64,000 nucleotides of DNA from Oscillospiraceae bacterium (GTDB lineage: Bacteria > Bacillota > Clostridia > Oscillospirales > CAG-272): positions 5,028 to 69,027 of the forward strand of contig SVUJ01000010.1 in NCBI GenBank assembly GCA_015063305.1, written 5' to 3'. Positions 58,405 through 64,000 of the stretch are shown piece by piece. The notes under the pieces were generated by a model, which saw nothing but the letters and a program-made list of their open reading frames with translations, searched no databases and was not told the DNA's origin. The translations under genes and the position numbers were made by a program. Position 1 is the stretch's first letter; every line of letters begins with the position of its first letter.

Positions 58405-58526
58405 ACAGCCTTTTAGACTAAAATCAAATACTTTTCGGACAAAAGACTGTTGTCCCTTACCTGACACACTTGTGGTGAATGTTCTGTAAGGGACAACGGT
58501 TTTTTATTGAATTTTACATTTTGCCA

Positions 58527-58760
58527 GTAGGGGCGAACTGTGTTCGCCCGCGGGCGTTCAAAGAACGCCCCCTACGGGTTTGATAAATCATTTCTTGTAG
58601 GGCGGGAGTAAACTGTCAAGAGTAACATTGTAAACCCCCGCCCTACGATTTGCGACGCCGGATTGCATATCCGCCCGTGTCATCCTTGAGCAAGTCGCCC
58701 CACGGGATTCTTCGCTTGCGCTCAAGAATGACTGTCGTGTGGCGATGCCGCGAAGGATCT
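58527..58760. repeat. REP/REPIN-like cluster
   Basis: GTAGGGGCG..CGCCCCCTAC (58527-58575), GTAGGGCGG..CCGCCCTAC (58597-58646) and GTCATCCTTGAGC..GCTCAAGAATGAC..CGAAGGATCT (58679-58760). Confidence 0.7.
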
Positions 58761-58772
58761 CGGGCGGCGCGG

Positions 58773-59975
58773 TCAGGACGCCAGATCCCCCATTTGATTT
58801 AGCATATTCTCAATGAATATTCCGTACCCCGTGGTGGGGTCGTTGATCAGCACGTGGGTCACAGCGCCCACTATCTTACCGTCTTGGATTATCGGCGAGC
58901 CCGACATTCCTTGTATTATTCCGCCCGTTTTGTTTATCAGATCGGGGTCGGTTATCTTTACCGTGAAGCACTTGTTGCCCTTTGAATTGTAATTTATATC
59001 CGATATCTCTATATCGTATTTTTTAACTCCGCTTTCGTCAAGCGTTGAGTAGATATAGGCTTTGCCTTCCTTTAGCTCGTTCTTATATCCCACGGGCAAG
59101 GGCTCACAGTGGATATTTGCGGGCTTTGACGCGAACACGCCGTACACTCCGCATTCGGTGTTGCCTAAGAGAGAGCCTGTCTTGCCCGAGCTGAAATAGC
59201 CCTTTACCTCTCCGGGTGAACCCGCAAGTCCTTTTACAACTCCGCTGATGGTAACGCCCACCACCGAGCCGCGCTGCATCGGTATCAGCTTGCCTGTTCC
59301 CGCGTCGCATATTCCGTGGCCAAGACCCGCAAAGGCGTAGCTTTCGGGCACTATAAAGCTCACAGTTCCTATTCCCGCGCCGCTGTCGCGAACGTATATG
59401 CCTGTCTTGTACTTATTTTCTGCCACCGAATACGCGGGGGTCAGCTTTGCGGTATGCTCCTTTCCGTCGCGAAGGTAAGATATACTTATAGTACAACCCC
59501 CGCTTTCCTCAACGATACGCGTCAGCTCGGACGCGCCGTTTATCGTATTGCCGTTTATCTTTGTTATGATATCGTTTATCCTGATACCCGCCTCGCTCGA
59601 CGGATTTTTTGCGCCCGTGCTTGAATCTACGTCGCAAAATCCGACAACCAGCACGCCCTCGGTTATAAATTTAACTCCGAAGGGCATACCGCCGGGGTAG
59701 AGCATCAGCGGTTGCTGTTTACTTACCGCCAAGGAGTTCGGGGGTATTATCCCGTATAGCGAGTTACTTGTCTTTAGTGATAGCTGTTTACTGAGCTCTT
59801 CCTTGATGTGAGAGAGCTCATAAGCCGCCACCAAGGGATAGCTTGGCTGAGTGCCCTCGGCGTAACAGCTTACACTGGTGGGAGCTATAAGCCCGTAGCT
59901 TCCCGTAAGCGCCGCCGAGAATATTATAAACGCAAGAAGAAAAAACGATATTCCTCTGATGATCCTTTTAGTCAT
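58773..59975 (-). CDS. spoIVB: SpoIVB peptidase (S55) with PDZ domain
   Basis: PGGMPFGVK, VRDSGAGIGT, LGHGICD, GGIIQGMSGSPIIQ and THVLINDPTTGYGIFIENML. Confidence 0.95.
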   Translation of the reverse strand: MTKRIIRGISFFLLAFIIFSAALTGSYGLIAPTSVSCYAEGTQPSYPLVAAYELSHIKEELSKQLSLKTSNSLYGIIPPNSLAVSKQQPLMLYPGGMPFGVKFITEGVLVVGFCDVDSSTGAKNPSSEAGIRINDIITKINGNTINGASELTRIVEESGGCTISISYLRDGKEHTAKLTPAYSVAENKYKTGIYVRDSGAGIGTVSFIVPESYAFAGLGHGICDAGTGKLIPMQRGSVVGVTISGVVKGLAGSPGEVKGYFSSGKTGSLLGNTECGVYGVFASKPANIHCEPLPVGYKNELKEGKAYIYSTLDESGVKKYDIEISDINYNSKGNKCFTVKITDPDLINKTGGIIQGMSGSPIIQDGKIVGAVTHVLINDPTTGYGIFIENMLNQMGDLAS

Positions 59976-60307
59976 TTATCTGTCTTCCTTATTGTATAGC
60001 TTTCTTTGCGAAGGGAGCAGAGAAATATCGTCTGCTCTCGGATACGGTGGAGTATCTTTCTTTCGCATTATTATAGTGTGCAGAAAAGGTGATTCGATTA
60101 ATAACAAATTTGATGAAAAGAACAAATTTTTTTCTTTTGTGGAAAACTTGATTTTGAGCTTTGGCTCTACTTCACAGCTTACATTTTTGCCGTGGAATTA
60201 AATACATTTCGATCCGATTTTTACTTGTTTGTCCCAATATCATATAGTTATATTTATATGTAATTTTTTAATAAAAATACTTGACTTTTTTATCTTTTGT
60301 GATACAA

Positions 60308-60327
60308 TTAGTTAGGTAACTAACTAA
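60308..60327. promoter_or_regulatory. Probable MarR operator
   Basis: Perfect inverted repeat TTAGTTAG-GTAA-CTAACTAA adjoining the -10 of TTGACT-16-TACAAT. Confidence 0.7.
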
Positions 60328-60343
60328 AATGAGAGGAGAATTT

Positions 60344-60856
60344 ATGGATAAGCAATATATACAGCCCCCGAAGCGTCCCGAGCGCAAGGAGCTTAGCAAT
60401 AATCCTGTGAAAATGTGTCACGAGATATCTCATCTTTCGCGCGCTCACATGAGGGAGCTGCGCGACCTTGAGGATATCGCCGCACCGCACGGAACAAGGC
60501 TTGTTATATCCTTTTTGGCGGCGGGTGACGGCGTTACTCAGCTCGAGCTTGTGAACGCCACGCATCTGCGCGCGCCAAGCGTCAGCGGTATACTCAAAAA
60601 GCTTGAGGACAACGGCTTTGTTGAGCGCAAACGCGACGATAAGGATATGAGAGCCGTGAGGGTATATCTGACCGACAAGGGCAGGGATCTTGACAGACGC
60701 ACGATAGATAAGATACGTCAGGTAGACGCTATGGCGCTCGAGGGACTGACCGAGGCAGAAAAAGAACAAATGATGGCGCTTTTGGAAAAAATGCGAGATA
60801 ATCTTCTCGCCCCTAAAAGGGAAGCGAGAACGGCGGAGGACACAGATAAACAATGA
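60344..60856 (+). CDS. MarR family transcriptional regulator
   Basis: GVTQLEL..SVSGILKKLEDNGFVER..DKDMRAVRVYLTDKG. Confidence 0.93.
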   Translation: MDKQYIQPPKRPERKELSNNPVKMCHEISHLSRAHMRELRDLEDIAAPHGTRLVISFLAAGDGVTQLELVNATHLRAPSVSGILKKLEDNGFVERKRDDKDMRAVRVYLTDKGRDLDRRTIDKIRQVDAMALEGLTEAEKEQMMALLEKMRDNLLAPKREARTAEDTDKQ

Positions 60857-62661
60857 AGAGGATTTTCCAATATTTAAAACCCTATAAGGTGTTTGCGATA
60901 CTCTCACCTTTATTTATGATGCTCGAGGTACTTGCCGACCTTTGTCTGCCGCGTCTTATGACAGTTATAGTTGACTGCGGTATAGCGAAGAGCGGGGACG
61001 TTTCCGACGTGCCGTTTGCTTCGTTTATTATGAAGACTCTATTCGGAGAGGGAAGCTATACCTCTATGCAGGTCATAATAACCTTTGGGGTGCTGATGCT
61101 GCTTACTGTCATAGTAGGCGGAATGTTCGGCATATCCTGCGCGTTTACGGCGGCGAGGGCCTCGCAGGGACTTGGACACGACCTGCGCCGTGATGCTTAC
61201 AGCAGAGTTATGTCGCTCTCGATAGAGCAGACCGATAAATTCACCACGGGCTCACTCGTCACACGTATGACCAACGACGTGTCGATGATAGTTGACTTTA
61301 CTGAAATGATACTTCGAATGTTCGTTCGCGCGCCTATCTTTTTCGTTGGCGGCGCTATAATGCTGCTTACGCTTGACTTGTCGTTTGGGGCGATACTTTT
61401 GTGCGCTCTCCCGATAATGCTGCTTACCCTTTTCTTGGTAATGAGAAAGACCATACCGATATTTGCGGGTGTTCAAAAAAGGCTTGACAAGGTAAACTCG
61501 GTCGTGCAGGAGAACGTAAGCGGAGCGAGAGTTGTCAAGGCATACGTCAAAGAGGATTACGAGGTAAAGAGATTTGAGGAGGCTAACCGCGACCTCAGGG
61601 ATACCAATTACAGCGTTATGAAGATAATGGCGGTGCTTCACCCTGTGCTTCATATTGTTATGAACCTGTCGATACTCGTTATCATATACATAGGCGGATT
61701 TAAGATAGAGAATGTTGGCGGAAGCGGAATGACCGCGGGAACGATAATGGCGGCTATAACCTACGTTACACAGGTGCTTATGTCGATAATGATGGTAACT
61801 ATGATGACCAACTCCATCTCCCGCGCGATGGCGTCGCTCAAGAGAGTAAACGAGGTGCTTGACACAGAGCCTGCTATAAAGGGCGGTGCGGATAGTGCAG
61901 AGAGAGATGACGTTGCTATATCGCTCAAGGGAGTGTCCTTCCAATATCCGAACACCGTGGGACGTCCCGTGCTTCACGATATCGACCTTGAGGTCAAGAG
62001 GGGAGAAACGGTTGCGATAATCGGCGCAACAGGCTCGGGAAAGACCTCGCTCGTTAATCTTATCCCCCGTTTTTATGACGCTACCGAGGGAGAGGTGATG
62101 GTTGACGGTCTTAACGTAAAGGAATATGACCTTGAAAAGCTACGTTCGAAGATAAGCTTCGTTATGCAGAAGAGCGAGCTCTTTTCCGACACTATAGCCA
62201 ATAATATCCGTTGGGGTAAGCCCGATGCCGATGAGGATGAGATACGCTCGGCGATAGAGGTCGCACAGGCGCAGAGCTTTGTTGAAGGCTTTAACGATAG
62301 ATACGATACCTTTATAGCAGAGAAGGGAGCATCGCTCTCGGGAGGACAGAAGCAGAGAATGTCGATAGCAAGAGCTATCGTGCGTGAGCCCGAGATACTC
62401 ATACTCGACGACTCGACCTCGGCTCTCGACCTTGCCACAGAGGCAAAGCTGCGCGCGGCGCTTAACGAAAAATTCAAGGATACAACGGTTATAATGATAG
62501 CTCAGCGTATAGCGAGCGTCAGAGAGGCCGACAGAATAGCCGTTATTGAAAACGGAACTATAATCGCCTGCGCTCCTCACAGCGAGCTGATGCAGAGCTG
62601 TGAGACCTACCGAGATATTTACAATTCGCAGATGCAGAACGGAGGCGGTATAAATGAATAA
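60853..62661 (+). CDS. ABC exporter ATP-binding/permease subunit (heterodimer, degenerate-site half)
   Basis: TM domain, GATGSGKT, LSGGQKQR, ILILDDSTSALD and IAQR (D for E and Q for H). Confidence 0.95.
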   Translation: MKRIFQYLKPYKVFAILSPLFMMLEVLADLCLPRLMTVIVDCGIAKSGDVSDVPFASFIMKTLFGEGSYTSMQVIITFGVLMLLTVIVGGMFGISCAFTAARASQGLGHDLRRDAYSRVMSLSIEQTDKFTTGSLVTRMTNDVSMIVDFTEMILRMFVRAPIFFVGGAIMLLTLDLSFGAILLCALPIMLLTLFLVMRKTIPIFAGVQKRLDKVNSVVQENVSGARVVKAYVKEDYEVKRFEEANRDLRDTNYSVMKIMAVLHPVLHIVMNLSILVIIYIGGFKIENVGGSGMTAGTIMAAITYVTQVLMSIMMVTMMTNSISRAMASLKRVNEVLDTEPAIKGGADSAERDDVAISLKGVSFQYPNTVGRPVLHDIDLEVKRGETVAIIGATGSGKTSLVNLIPRFYDATEGEVMVDGLNVKEYDLEKLRSKISFVMQKSELFSDTIANNIRWGKPDADEDEIRSAIEVAQAQSFVEGFNDRYDTFIAEKGASLSGGQKQRMSIARAIVREPEILILDDSTSALDLATEAKLRAALNEKFKDTTVIMIAQRIASVREADRIAVIENGTIIACAPHSELMQSCETYRDIYNSQMQNGGGINE

Positions 62662-64000
62662 TCAGAGAACAAATCAAGGAAAAATGCCGCCCATGGGCCC
62701 CGGCGGAAGACCGGGCGGACACGGCGGCGGAGGGCCTCTTGGGGCGAGGGTGAACAGAGAGAAGCCGAAGAATACCGCAAGAACGCTTGGAAGATTGCTC
62801 AAATACATAGGAAAGAGCAAGATGCTTATAATTCTGCTTATAATCATAATGGTGGCGGTAACGGCATCCGACCTTGCGGGGCCGGCTCTACAGGGTGCGG
62901 CGATAGACACGATAAGCATAAAGAACGGTCAGCTTTCGGTCGACTTTTCGGCAATGCTCGGATATCTTGGAATTATGGCTGTGCTTTTCGTGGTAAGCGC
63001 ACTGCTCAGCTTTTTCCAAGGAATAATCGCGGCAAAGCTTTCGCAAAATACCGTTTACACACTGAGAAACGACCTTTTTGTCAAGATATCAAAGCTACCG
63101 ATAAAATACACCGACACTCATAAGCACGGCGATATAATGTCGAGAATGACCAATGACGTTGAAAATGTGTCAAACGCCGTGTCACAGTCGATAGCCTCGC
63201 TGATATCGAGCATACTCACACTTGTGGGCGCATTCTCAATGATGATGTATTACGGCTGGGTGATGGCGCTTATAGCCTGCATCACTATTCCGCTTACTAT
63301 ACTGATCTCGGGAAATCTGGCGAAGTTTATGAGAAAATATTTCGTTCGCCGCCAAAAGATACTCGGACAGATGAACGGTCAGGTCGAGGAGATGGTGACC
63401 TCGTATAAAACTGTCGTTGCCTACGGAAAAGAAAGGTCGGCGGTAGAAAATTTCGCCAAGACGAGTGAGGAATTCAAAAAGTGCAGTATAAGCGCGAGAG
63501 TATGGGGCTCTATTATGGGGCCGTGTATGAATTTCCTGGGAAATCTTCAGTATGTGCTTATAGCGGTATTCGGCGGATATTTCGTGCTCAACCCCGTAAG
63601 CTTTATGAGAACTTTGACTATAGGAAATATACAGTCGATGCTCCAGTACTCCAAAAAATTCACACGCCCTGTAAACGAGATCGCGAACCAGTATTCGTCG
63701 ATACTCACAGCGCTTGCGGGTGCGGAGAGAATTTTCGAGATAATGGACAGCGCCGATGAGATAGACGAGGGCGCATTGGATATCTCGGTCAGCGATATAA
63801 AGGGAAATATAGAGTTCGAGAATATGGACTTCTCCTACGAGGCGGGCGAGCCCGTACTCAAAAAGCTGAACCTTTCGGTAAAGGCGGGGCAGAAGGTCGC
63901 GATAGTTGGAGCAACGGGCTCGGGAAAGACCACGATAGTCAATCTGCTTACGAGATTTTACGAGCTTGACGGCGGAAGGATAATGATAGACGGAGTGGAT
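62654..64000 (+). CDS. ABC exporter ATP-binding/permease subunit, 3'-truncated by window edge
   Basis: ATG overlaps the previous stop; MNNQ..PMGPGGRPGGHGGG.., GDIMSRMTND, and Walker A GATGSGKTT near 63910. Confidence 0.92.
   Translation, partial: MNNQRTNQGKMPPMGPGGRPGGHGGGGPLGARVNREKPKNTARTLGRLLKYIGKSKMLIILLIIIMVAVTASDLAGPALQGAAIDTISIKNGQLSVDFSAMLGYLGIMAVLFVVSALLSFFQGIIAAKLSQNTVYTLRNDLFVKISKLPIKYTDTHKHGDIMSRMTNDVENVSNAVSQSIASLISSILTLVGAFSMMMYYGWVMALIACITIPLTILISGNLAKFMRKYFVRRQKILGQMNGQVEEMVTSYKTVVAYGKERSAVENFAKTSEEFKKCSISARVWGSIMGPCMNFLGNLQYVLIAVFGGYFVLNPVSFMRTLTIGNIQSMLQYSKKFTRPVNEIANQYSSILTALAGAERIFEIMDSADEIDEGALDISVSDIKGNIEFENMDFSYEAGEPVLKKLNLSVKAGQKVAIVGATGSGKTTIVNLLTRFYELDGGRIMIDGVD

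Noticed and set aside
1-64000. CRISPR array, rRNA, transposase/integrase, prophage genes
   Set aside because: No regularly spaced repeat-spacer array and no such genes were recognised. The 35-bp repeat has only two copies, 1.9 kb apart.

Overview
Chromosomal window from a spore-forming Clostridia-type (Bacillota) bacterium; the lineage is inferred from spoIVB, ricT, thiT, a class A RNase P RNA and gene order. It is mostly housekeeping: typA, a cysteine desulfurase, murD, a lone GyrB/ParE-type subunit, ppdK, pth-mfd-prsA-like, a TPP riboswitch with thiT, rnpB, holB-ricT, yceD-rpmF, dut, rnhA, an AlaA-like aminotransferase, spoIVB, a MarR plus heterodimeric ABC exporter, and tRNA-Ser(GGA) and tRNA-Arg(ACG). 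Two accessory regions stand out. (1) A ~10 kb island (about 18.0-28.0 kb) has an orphan ParB-family gene containing a 29-bp palindrome, followed by a type IV pilus operon (5 prepilins, PilM-like, PilD, PilC, PilB; no PilT/PilN/PilO). The operon has a ~250-nt highly structured leader that hides an unannotated 35-aa hydrophobic ORF coupled to the first pilin. (2) A 54.7-58.8 kb cluster of hypothetical genes contains an XRE-regulated 1.9-kb module bounded by 35-bp direct repeats. Other notable items are an intact but apparently catalytically dead PTS Enzyme I paralogue, an uncharacterised isomerase/MFS/ceramidase-like catabolic operon, an inverted copy of the tRNA-Arg 3' end, and several REP/MITE-like palindrome clusters. 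All calls come from reading motifs by eye; no database searches were run.
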